Source of the DNA: Theionarchaea archaeon
GTDB lineage: Archaea; Methanobacteriota_B; Thermococci; Methanofastidiosales; SZ-28-30
NCBI GenBank assembly: GCA_018992685.1
Contig: JACVGT010000008.1
Span: 32,001-96,000 of the forward strand
DNA: 64,000 bases
Reading direction: 5' to 3'
Part shown: positions 39,637-48,336 of the stretch, one piece after another
Layout: every line of letters starts with the position of its first letter
Position numbering within the stretch: position 1 is the stretch's first letter
Translations under genes and position numbers: made by a program
Notes under the pieces: model-generated
Told to the model about the DNA's origin: nothing
What the model saw: the letters and a program-made list of their open reading frames with translations, nothing else
The model's database searches: none

Positions 39637-39651
39637 CTTTATAAATGTTTC
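39637..39651 (-). promoter_or_regulatory. BRE/TATA promoter of precursor 2
   Basis: GAAACA-TTTATAAAG; 12 bp identical to the precursor 1 promoter. Confidence 0.7.
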
Positions 39652-39810
39652 TGCTTCTAATATACTTTTCATATTCTTGCGTAAAAAAGGTATCATTCTG
39701 GACAGGTGTAAATAATAGACTGGAGAATGGGTCAAACACGGTACTTACTGTCAATAAAAAGAGAGGGCAGAATACAAAAGGTTTATAAACCTCGTGGCGA
39801 ACATGTCTCC

Positions 39811-39996
39811 ATGCCAAAGAGAAAACGTGCAGAAGGTGGTGCACTCCCTCCTACTGGTGCAGGACTGATTCGTTACTTTGACGAGGACACCAGAGGATTC
39901 AAACTGAAGCCTCTCCACATTATCATTGCAGCTGCGGCTGTCGTTGTCCTCGAGATTGTTCTGAGACTTGTGGGTGTGGACATTCTGGGGTTCTAG
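39811..39996 (+). CDS. secG: Preprotein translocase subunit Sec61beta
   Basis: LPPTGAGLIRYFDED...KLKP..I plus one TM. Confidence 0.93.
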   Translation: MPKRKRAEGGALPPTGAGLIRYFDEDTRGFKLKPLHIIIAAAAVVVLEIVLRLVGVDILGF

Positions 39997-41426
39997 ATCT
40001 GATTCCAGGCAAGGACTGGACTTCGTGCAGCTTTTACCTCATCCAGTCTTCCCACCGCCGTGTTGTGTGGAGCTTCTCTCACCATGTGTGGAGTGGTATA
40101 GCATTCATTCTTGATTTGTATCATAACTTCGATGAATCTGTCAAGCTCCTCTTTTGATTCTGATTCTGTGGGTTCAATCATCAATGCTTCGTGGACAATC
40201 AGAGGGAAATAAATGGTCGGTGCGTGAATTCCATAGTCCAGGAGCCGCCTTGCTATGTCCAGCGCCCTGCAGTCAGTCTCTCTCTTGATCTTCTCGCAGG
40301 ACAGGACTATTTCATGCTTTCTCAGGGGCTGATACGGCATTTCGTAATGGTCCCTGAGGTTCTGGGCCAGGTAATTGGCATTTAACACGGCCACCTGGGA
40401 GGCTGTCCTGATATCTGAACCCATGATAACAGCATAGATATAGGCCTTGACTGCTACCTGGAAGTTCCCATAGAATCCATGGACTTTCCCGATGGTCATG
40501 GGGAGATCATTATCAAAATAGTAGTTCTCTCCGTTGTAGTCTACCAAGGGCACAGGAAGATAGTCCTTGAGCTTTTCACATACTCCCACCGGGCCTGATC
40601 CAGGTCCTCCCCCTCCGTGAGGAGTTGAAAATGTTTTGTGCAGGTTAAAATGGACAATGTCAAATCCCATGTCTCCAGGACGACAGATGCCCGCAATCGC
40701 ATTGAGGTTTGCACCATCGTAGTATAGGAGCCCGCCTGCATCATGGACAGTGTCGGCAATCTGTATGATGTCCTTCTCAAAGATACCAAGAGTATTGGGG
40801 TTGGTGAGCATGAGCCCTGCAGTTCTTTCTGTGACCGCACTCTTGAGAGCTTCGAGGTCCACCGTACCCTGGTCATTGGAGGGAATTTCCACCACATCAA
40901 AGCCTGCCATATGGGCTGAGGCAGGGTTTGTCCCATGAGCAGAATCGGGAACCACCATTTCTGTCCGTCCTTTCTGGCACGCTTTTATGATGAGAGCACC
41001 CGTCAGCTCTCCTCCTGCTCCTGCTGCGGGCTGAAGGGTAACGGCAGCCGTTCCCGAAATGAGTTTGAGATACTCCTGCAGGTTGTACAGAACTTCAAGG
41101 CAGCCCTGGATGGTGGACTCATCCTGCAGAGGATGGAATCCTGAAAAGAGTGTGGACAATTCTTCTGTTATCTTGGGATTGTACTTCATGGTACAGGACC
41201 CCAGAGGGTAGGTACCTGTGTCCACCCCAAAATTCATTTCAGATAGCCTGGTATAGTGGCGCACAACATCCACTTCAGATAGTTCGGGAAGTGGCAGTTC
41301 CTCTCGTCGAAGAGACTGAGGTATGGAAACTGGCTCTCCAAGGGGCTCAGGGAGTGAGTACCCTGTCCTCCCGGCAACTGACTTTTCTTTCAGCAAGGGT
41401 TCACAAAACGTCGCCTGCCTATACAT
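39993..41426 (-). CDS. gcvPB: Glycine dehydrogenase (decarboxylating) subunit 2
   Basis: YPLGSCTMKYNPK, SAHGTNPASA, NLHKTFSTPHGGGGPG, LMIEPTESE. Confidence 0.96.
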   Translation of the reverse strand: MYRQATFCEPLLKEKSVAGRTGYSLPEPLGEPVSIPQSLRREELPLPELSEVDVVRHYTRLSEMNFGVDTGTYPLGSCTMKYNPKITEELSTLFSGFHPLQDESTIQGCLEVLYNLQEYLKLISGTAAVTLQPAAGAGGELTGALIIKACQKGRTEMVVPDSAHGTNPASAHMAGFDVVEIPSNDQGTVDLEALKSAVTERTAGLMLTNPNTLGIFEKDIIQIADTVHDAGGLLYYDGANLNAIAGICRPGDMGFDIVHFNLHKTFSTPHGGGGPGSGPVGVCEKLKDYLPVPLVDYNGENYYFDNDLPMTIGKVHGFYGNFQVAVKAYIYAVIMGSDIRTASQVAVLNANYLAQNLRDHYEMPYQPLRKHEIVLSCEKIKRETDCRALDIARRLLDYGIHAPTIYFPLIVHEALMIEPTESESKEELDRFIEVMIQIKNECYTTPHMVREAPHNTAVGRLDEVKAARSPVLAWNQI

Positions 41427-42714
41427 GGAATCCCTCCAGACCAGTTACCAGGGCATCAATATCAAGGGCTGTATGCATCTCTGTAACACAGTAGATCGCA
41501 GTAGTCTTGTCGGTCATGAAGCCTCCCTGGATGTTATGTCGCAGGAGGTGCTCATGCACTTTTGCATACTGGGGGTGGCGGACGGTGAATTCCTTGAAGT
41601 GGGGAGCGTCAAAGATCGGTGACTCGAACCCGGGAATCTCATTAATCTTCTGCATGGTGTAGCCGGCATTTCTCATACAGAGTTCAGCCACCTCTCTGAG
41701 GCCTTGTTTCCCCATGGTGGCCAGGTACATGGCGGCTGCCACTGCGCACAGAGCCTGGTTGGTACATATGTTGGAAGTAGCTTTTTCTCTCCTGATGTGC
41801 TGTTCCCGGGTCTGTAGCGTCATAACAAACCCTCTCTCACCTGATTCTGATTCTGTCATGCCAATGACCCGTCCCGGCATCTTCCGCAGCAATGCTTTCC
41901 TGCAGGCAAAAATCCCCAGCAACGGTCCTCCAAAGTTCTGGGGGAGTCCCAGCCCCTGTCCATCTCCAATAATGACATCGGCTGAGTGTTCCGGGCTGAT
42001 ACAGCCGAGACTGATGGGATCAACCCCTACGGTGAACAGAGCTGATGCATCGTGTGCTATTTCACCCACTGAACTCAAATTCTCATGCAGGAACCCATAA
42101 AAAGAGGGTTGCTCCACATAGACACCTCCCGCATGGGCTACCTTTTTCTTGAGGTCTTCCAGGTCAATATGTCCCCTCGTATCATGAGAAACCTTTACTA
42201 CTTCCAAATCGGGGGCCAATGTGGTTAAAACCTTCTCTCTGAATGGTGATAGTAAATCAGATACCACAAATTTCTTTGAACCAGTACTCCTTTCACAGAG
42301 CAAGGCTGCTTCAGCCAGGGCTGTGGCCCAATCATAGTTAGATGAATTGCACACATCCATGCCAGTGAGGTCACAGATCAGGCTCTGGTATTCAAAGAGG
42401 GCCTGCAGCATCCCCTGGGATATTTCTGGCTGGTATGGTGTATACGCAGTGTAAAACTCACTTCTGGAAAGCAATTCCTTGATATGAGAAGGTATATAAT
42501 GATTGTAGCAGCCTGACCCCAGGAATGAGAGCATGGTCTTATTCTTCTTAACTGTGGCTTCAATTCTCCGTGAGACCTCCAGATCAGACAGAGGAGGATG
42601 AAGTGGGATCTCTCTCTTGAGATGATGGGGAATATCCTTGAAGAGATCCTCCATGGTCATGTTCATCTGTTTGAGCATCAGTTCCTGTTCAGATACATTT
42701 GGGATATATCGCAT
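41419..42714 (-). CDS. gcvPA: Glycine dehydrogenase (decarboxylating) subunit 1
   Basis: FLGSGCY.HYIP, EFYTAYTPYQPEISQG, TREQHIRREKATSNICTNQAL; GGTGA SD. Confidence 0.96.
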   Translation of the reverse strand: MRYIPNVSEQELMLKQMNMTMEDLFKDIPHHLKREIPLHPPLSDLEVSRRIEATVKKNKTMLSFLGSGCYNHYIPSHIKELLSRSEFYTAYTPYQPEISQGMLQALFEYQSLICDLTGMDVCNSSNYDWATALAEAALLCERSTGSKKFVVSDLLSPFREKVLTTLAPDLEVVKVSHDTRGHIDLEDLKKKVAHAGGVYVEQPSFYGFLHENLSSVGEIAHDASALFTVGVDPISLGCISPEHSADVIIGDGQGLGLPQNFGGPLLGIFACRKALLRKMPGRVIGMTESESGERGFVMTLQTREQHIRREKATSNICTNQALCAVAAAMYLATMGKQGLREVAELCMRNAGYTMQKINEIPGFESPIFDAPHFKEFTVRHPQYAKVHEHLLRHNIQGGFMTDKTTAIYCVTEMHTALDIDALVTGLEGFHV

Positions 42715-42963
42715 GGAGTCACCGGTGACCAGTGTTGAAGTGAGATTATAAAGGTTTTCATTTGAAAAGCTGAAAAGGTGAAGGTTTTCAGTTGGAATGT
42801 GACTTGGTTTAGAAGGTGATTCTCCTCTATCTTTTTCAGAATATACTCCCATGGCACCTATACCTTCCAGATTTCAACCCTTTTGATGTATTGCCTCTCA
42901 TCAGAGCACCTCCTGAAGCCAATCGAATAAAACCTTTATATGCATGGACACACTGTACCATAT

Positions 42964-43374
42964 ATGGCACGTAGTGATAAAGGAAGCGAAAAGGAAGAAA
43001 AAGACCAGGAGAAATCTGAGAAAGGAGAAGGAAAATTTCAAAAAGACCCGTTGGGAGGAGTCTTCTTCGGACTGATACTGCTTACTGTTGGTGTTGTCTA
43101 CATTCTACGATCGCAACTTCCCCACCCTGAATTGTGGTGGGCCTGGGTCCTCCTGGGTATCGGCATTGTATCCCTGCTGGACGCCGGTGTCCGGTATTCA
43201 CGACCGGAATGGAGGAGACCTGTTTTCGGCAAAGTGATGCTTGGTGTCATACTGATCACCATTGGAGGAAGTATTGTCTACGATCTGGAATTCTCGTGGG
43301 CCCTTTTCCTGATTGCGATTGGAGCTGTCATGTTGATATATTACCTTGGAAAAGCTACAAGGAAAACCCCATGA
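42964..43374 (+). CDS. Four-TM membrane protein (LiaF/DUF5668-like)
   Basis: EK-rich N-terminus, DPLGGVFFGLIL, W..FLIAIG. Confidence 0.65.
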   Translation: MARSDKGSEKEEKDQEKSEKGEGKFQKDPLGGVFFGLILLTVGVVYILRSQLPHPELWWAWVLLGIGIVSLLDAGVRYSRPEWRRPVFGKVMLGVILITIGGSIVYDLEFSWALFLIAIGAVMLIYYLGKATRKTP

Positions 43375-44473
43375 ACCGGTCCCACCAGTACTTCACTACA
43401 TTGAAGTTCTTTTCCCTGGCAATGCAGGCGATTCCCCCATCACCAAAGCTCTTCACAACATCCCCGATATAATATCGGGGAAATAAACTGGAAGATACGA
43501 TAAGCCTTCCCCTTTCCCCTTTTTTCATTTCGTATAACATTTTTATTCTTTTTCCTGTTTGGACTTCAAAAAAGTAATAATCATAATTGGGAAAGCAGTA
43601 CGGCCTCTCATCCAGCTGCTGGGCATAGAACCCTTCTGTTGCCCCATAGATATCGCGGAGAGCCTTATATCTGTACATTCCGCGCAGGGCAGGGTTATAC
43701 CTGGCGTGTACGTTAGGGAGGCTGCTGGATATTAAGAGGAGGTCCTTCCACTTGTCTTTGGGGTATACTCCGAACTTCTTCTTGGTCACCTTCCCGAAGA
43801 GTAACATCAGTTGGGCAATCCCTATCATGGCAGTGACGTTAAGTGATTCTGCCTTTTCACAGATGTAGTTAAGTCGCTCCCTGCTCTCTGCTTCAACCCG
43901 TTGAGTCCCGAACTGGTTGATCTCTTCCACCGGGTACACCAGGTTCAGCCCCATCTTCTGAGATATATGTTTGGAGTATACACCTGAGGAGTATCCATAG
44001 ACCTGTTCAGTATCCCCAAATGACTCCGTGCCTGCAACTGACGGATAGATGAACAACAGGATGTGGCCCTCAAATAATGAGATATCTCCTGTCTTGTACA
44101 CATAATTCATGAGACACCGGGGGCCCAGGACAAACCGCTCCTCAATTTCTGTCTCTGTATAGGGAATGATCTTGGAGGGTCCTGTGGTGCCCCTGGTGAT
44201 GCCCCAATCGATGGGTTTATCTGTGAGTAAAGCCTGCCAGGAGCCCTTTTTCACCTTCTGGAGCCAGGGAGCAAACTGAGAGAACGTGGCCACAGGGAAC
44301 GTCTTCTGGTATTCCTCTATGGTGTTGATATCCTGTGCCCCAAATGTCTTCCCATATTCTGTTTTCCGGTACTTCCCGATAAGAGTTTGGAACACCCTGT
44401 CCTGGGCTTCCTCTGGATGTTCAAGTGCTGAATACCACGGGCTCACAAAGAACTCCAGGAAGTTGCTGCTCAT
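43355..44473 (-). CDS. GH3 (acyl-acid amido synthetase-like) family protein, short form
   Basis: TEYGK, TRGTTGPSKIIP, YGATEG, YFFE, RYYIGDVV. Confidence 0.85.
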   Translation of the reverse strand: MSSNFLEFFVSPWYSALEHPEEAQDRVFQTLIGKYRKTEYGKTFGAQDINTIEEYQKTFPVATFSQFAPWLQKVKKGSWQALLTDKPIDWGITRGTTGPSKIIPYTETEIEERFVLGPRCLMNYVYKTGDISLFEGHILLFIYPSVAGTESFGDTEQVYGYSSGVYSKHISQKMGLNLVYPVEEINQFGTQRVEAESRERLNYICEKAESLNVTAMIGIAQLMLLFGKVTKKKFGVYPKDKWKDLLLISSSLPNVHARYNPALRGMYRYKALRDIYGATEGFYAQQLDERPYCFPNYDYYFFEVQTGKRIKMLYEMKKGERGRLIVSSSLFPRYYIGDVVKSFGDGGIACIAREKNFNVVKYWWDRFMGFSL

Positions 44474-44535
44474 GACATGGTCAGCCCACCAGCATAAATA
44501 AGGTTATGGGGCTGAAGGGCCACCAGCCCGTCATC

Positions 44536-47055
44536 CTACTTGATTTTCCTGATGAGAGAGCTTCCATCTGGCAGTTCCTCAGCCAGAAATGCCTCTGGCA
44601 GAGCTTCTTTAATCTCATCAAGGTGGGTGATTACCACAATCTGGGCAAAGTGGTTTCGAAGCTCAGCAATGGCCGCAAGCAGCATCCTTCGTCTCTCAAC
44701 ATCAAAGCTGCCAAAACATTCATCCAGGAATAAGCTCTGGATGCGGGCAAAACTCCTCAGGGAGGATAAGGACACCAGAACCTGTGAAATGCCAATTCGC
44801 AAGCACAAGTTAATCAAATCCTTTTCCCCACCGGAAAACCGAGATATGGGGTAGTACTCCCCATCATAGTACACGGTAACTGAGTAGTCCTTCCCCAGGT
44901 CAATATAGGGGTATTTCCCCTCAGTAATCTCTCTCAGCAGAGAGGAAGCTTCGTTCCTGATTCTTGGCCTCAGCCGGGACTGTATCTGCACCGGTATCTG
45001 TCTGAATGACTCCTGCAATACGCCGTAGGTCACAATCATTGACTCAAGGTCTTTCTGGTTTTTCTTCAGATCCTTCACTTCCTCTTTCACGCGGTGCAGT
45101 CTCTGTATCTCTTTTTCCCTTTCCTGGTATACAGTCTTCTTTTCTGTATACTGTCTGGATACGTCCAGCTCTTTCTCCACAAAGCGATCCTTCCTGTCCT
45201 TTGCTGCCTTGAACTTATCTGGAATGGCCACCATCCTTTCAATGCTGGTCTTTATCTCTTTTGCCTCACGCATCTTTCTATCCAGGAGAGCCTCTGCTTC
45301 TGCCATGATCCGTGATATGTCATCTTTTCTGGAAATTCGTTCTGTCAGTTTGATGATCTCCCGCTCCACTGCAGACATGTCTTCCACGTTCTTCTTAGTT
45401 GTCTCATAGGTGACAGGGTCAAAGTGAAGGCGGTCTATCTCCTCTCTCAGGTTCTGGATCTGGATCTTTCCTTTTTCCAGATCGAACAACTTCTTCCTGG
45501 TTTCTTCAGTTTCCTCCTGGACGTCCTTTTTCCTTCTCTTGATCGTCTCAAGGTTGACTTCAGCCTTCATGTACTGCTGCTCATCTTTTCTCAATGCTGC
45601 AAGGTTATCTTCCTTCTTCTTCAACTCCTGTATCCTGGACTCCAGTTCCCTTCTCATTTCAAGAAGGTGTCTCTCCCGTGTGAGACACTTCTCCAGAATC
45701 TTTTCATGAGCCAGAATCTCAGAACGGCAGCGGGTGATCAGCTGCTCCATATGGGCCTTTTCCAGGGGTCTCTTGCACTTGGGGCAGGGTGCGCCCACTC
45801 CCAGTGATTCCACATCTTCAAGTTCAAGGGTAAGATCAGCAATCTTTGCCTGGTATGTTTTTTTCTCTGCTAGGAGCTCAGCCTCCTTGTCCTTCATCTT
45901 GTCCAGTTTGCCTGCTTCCTCTTCTCTTTTCTGGGGGATATCACTCAACGCACTCATTTTCTCCCTTAGAGACTCAAGTGCTACCCTTATACCTTTCAAT
46001 TCTTCTTCCTGGGCTTCCAGGTTCAGAATCTCAGCGGTGCAGCCAGCCAGTCGATCTTCAAGGTGCTTCTGGGTTACTGTGATTTCAGTCTCCAGGTTCT
46101 CCTTCTCCTTCACTTTCCTATCATAGCCTGATTTGAGACGATCCAACCTTGAAAAGGACTCCTTCACCTTCAAGAACTCGTCATACTGCGGCTGCAATTC
46201 CTTTTTCCTCACATCTGCTTTTTCAATCTCTCCAAGGTCTTTCTTCCTTTCCTCGAGAGTCTGTCTGGCATTGGCACTATCTGTTTCCAGGATTTTCAGT
46301 CGGTACTGCTGTTCCTGGTAGTGTTGATACTCTTTCTCCAGCGATGAGTATTCCTGCTTCGCAGATTCAGACTCCTGTCGTGTCCCATCGTACTCCTGTT
46401 TCAGGTGCTCCACTGTCTTCTTCAGCTGTGCTAGGGCCTCCTCCAGTCCCGGCAGTTCACCCATGTCTTTTTCTTTCTCTTTCACAACCCGTGTAATAGC
46501 CTGCAGTTCATTCTCCTTCTCCTTTTTCCTGTTCTTGGCTACGTCTTCAAATTTCTCATAAACTTTCAGGTTGAATAACCGATTAATCAACTTCTTGCGT
46601 TCAGAAGCAATTTTCGAGGTGATCAAATCCAGTTCTTTCTGCCTGATGAATGAGGAGGAGACAAACCCCTTCACATTCAGCCCGATATCCTGCTCAACCC
46701 GGGCCACCACTTCCGTGGACTTTCTCGCCTGCAATTTCCCATCAATCCACAGTCGGGACTTGATCCCACGCTTTGCATTGAGGTACCGGGTTACCTTGTA
46801 CACATGAGAACCCAGCAAAAACTCCACTTCCACTCCCATTTCTTCCTCTCCATCCCTGATGAGATCCTTCTGCTTGACGCCTTCCTTCCCTTCCATGCTC
46901 TGCGCCACTCCGTACAGCCCCCAGGTCACGGCCTCAAGGAGAGAGGATTTGCCTGCCCCGTTATTCCCAAATATGCCAATTAAAGAATTGTCTAGATCTA
47001 TTTTGGCCTTCTTGTACTTCTTGAAGTTTACCAGGTGTACAGACTTCAAAATCAT
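44536..47055 (-). CDS. rad50: Rad50/SbcC SMC-like ATPase
   Basis: GNNGAGKSS, coiled coils, CPKC zinc hook, FSGGE, FLDECFGSFD, ITH. Confidence 0.92.
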   Translation of the reverse strand: MILKSVHLVNFKKYKKAKIDLDNSLIGIFGNNGAGKSSLLEAVTWGLYGVAQSMEGKEGVKQKDLIRDGEEEMGVEVEFLLGSHVYKVTRYLNAKRGIKSRLWIDGKLQARKSTEVVARVEQDIGLNVKGFVSSSFIRQKELDLITSKIASERKKLINRLFNLKVYEKFEDVAKNRKKEKENELQAITRVVKEKEKDMGELPGLEEALAQLKKTVEHLKQEYDGTRQESESAKQEYSSLEKEYQHYQEQQYRLKILETDSANARQTLEERKKDLGEIEKADVRKKELQPQYDEFLKVKESFSRLDRLKSGYDRKVKEKENLETEITVTQKHLEDRLAGCTAEILNLEAQEEELKGIRVALESLREKMSALSDIPQKREEEAGKLDKMKDKEAELLAEKKTYQAKIADLTLELEDVESLGVGAPCPKCKRPLEKAHMEQLITRCRSEILAHEKILEKCLTRERHLLEMRRELESRIQELKKKEDNLAALRKDEQQYMKAEVNLETIKRRKKDVQEETEETRKKLFDLEKGKIQIQNLREEIDRLHFDPVTYETTKKNVEDMSAVEREIIKLTERISRKDDISRIMAEAEALLDRKMREAKEIKTSIERMVAIPDKFKAAKDRKDRFVEKELDVSRQYTEKKTVYQEREKEIQRLHRVKEEVKDLKKNQKDLESMIVTYGVLQESFRQIPVQIQSRLRPRIRNEASSLLREITEGKYPYIDLGKDYSVTVYYDGEYYPISRFSGGEKDLINLCLRIGISQVLVSLSSLRSFARIQSLFLDECFGSFDVERRRMLLAAIAELRNHFAQIVVITHLDEIKEALPEAFLAEELPDGSSLIRKIK

Positions 47056-48110
47056 CCCAAAATCTCCTTAATAATGGTAAGTCCTTCTGACAGGGCTTCT
47101 TCCTTTTGTGCTGCCTCCAGATACCGTTTCAACTCTTCCTGGGGTGTATACATTACGTCTTCATCTTTGATCTCTTCAACCTCTTCAGCTAGGGTGGAGT
47201 CCTTCAGGGAAAAATGCAATGCGTCCTGTGCCTTTTCTCTGATAAGAGTAAAATTGGTGTCCTTCCTGGTCACAGGATCAAGTTCTCCTTTTAGTATCAA
47301 TCGAACGATTTTGTCCTGAATGTTCGTCAGCAACGACTGAGATTCTTCTGTAATTTCAAATCCCGTTTTCCCTGTGCAGGTGTACTCAAAGTCTATCATA
47401 TCTCTGCTGGGGATGGCAACAAAATCATAGTCATCATCATATACTACAAATCCCTTTTTCTCATCTTTTTCATTAAAATCGTATCGCTCAAGAGAACCTG
47501 AATACACCATGTTGGAGAGGGCCTGATGTCTGTGGACGTGCCCGAGAGCACAGTATGCATAGGGGGGCACCAACCCTGCCTTGACTGTATCATCCACGTA
47601 CTCCATGAATCGCTCAGAACCCCAGACTGCCCCCTCTACTACTGCATGAAGCATCAGCACGTTTATTCGCCCCTCCCGGGGAGGTGGAATGTACTGGACT
47701 GGATCTCGGGTAAAGGGGACACCCGCTATGGTGTAGGGCCCCACATCCTTCTGGAAGGGTTCCAGCCTGATATGGATGAAAGGAATATCCAGATACAGAG
47801 AGAGCGGGTTCCTGACGCCCTTTGAACGAGGTGTCTCATGGTTTCCTGGAATCAAGAAGGTGGTAATCGTGTGAGCTGACAGCCGCTTCAGCTGATCCTG
47901 AGCAAACTTGCGAATGAAATTGGTGGGATTTACCCTGTCAAAAAGATCGCCAGAAAACACAAAGGCGTCGGGTCGAATTTCCAGAACGTGTGTGACCACC
48001 TGCTCGAAGGCACTGCAAAAGTCCATCATCCTCACATTGAGGCCCGTTTCTGTGTCAATCCTCTGGTACCTGGTGACTCCCAGATGAGCGTCAGCAGCAT
48101 GCACAATCAT
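47052..48110 (-). CDS. mre11: Mre11/SbcD nuclease
   Basis: DAHLG, SGDLFD, PGNHE, LGHVH, YSGSLERYDFNE. Confidence 0.9.
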   Translation of the reverse strand: MIVHAADAHLGVTRYQRIDTETGLNVRMMDFCSAFEQVVTHVLEIRPDAFVFSGDLFDRVNPTNFIRKFAQDQLKRLSAHTITTFLIPGNHETPRSKGVRNPLSLYLDIPFIHIRLEPFQKDVGPYTIAGVPFTRDPVQYIPPPREGRINVLMLHAVVEGAVWGSERFMEYVDDTVKAGLVPPYAYCALGHVHRHQALSNMVYSGSLERYDFNEKDEKKGFVVYDDDYDFVAIPSRDMIDFEYTCTGKTGFEITEESQSLLTNIQDKIVRLILKGELDPVTRKDTNFTLIREKAQDALHFSLKDSTLAEEVEEIKDEDVMYTPQEELKRYLEAAQKEEALSEGLTIIKEILG

Positions 48111-48336
48111 GAATTGGTTGTTCTTTGAAACGTTATAAAGGTTCCGACAAATGCATGATTCCCTTCAAAGTGGGATACCTAACCCGAGAAGGAGCGCATG
48201 ATCGGTTTGGATATATGATCTCTCATTTCTGAATTATCCACCGTAAATCGAATGCCCATTGAGTTGAACTTCGGTGGATGTACAGCACGTCGTGGCAGAA
48301 AATGCAGGGGTTTCCAGCAGCAGAGTATCCTCAGCG

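Noticed and set aside
39401-39844. ORF-track frames of 147 aa (minus) and 96 aa (plus), and the 64-aa extension of peptide 1
   Set aside because: They overlap the SD- and promoter-supported peptide genes and Sec61beta; treated as shadows
44536-48110. mre11-rad50 without nurA/herA as a novel system
   Set aside because: Stand-alone pairs are common in mesophilic archaea and all motifs are ordinary
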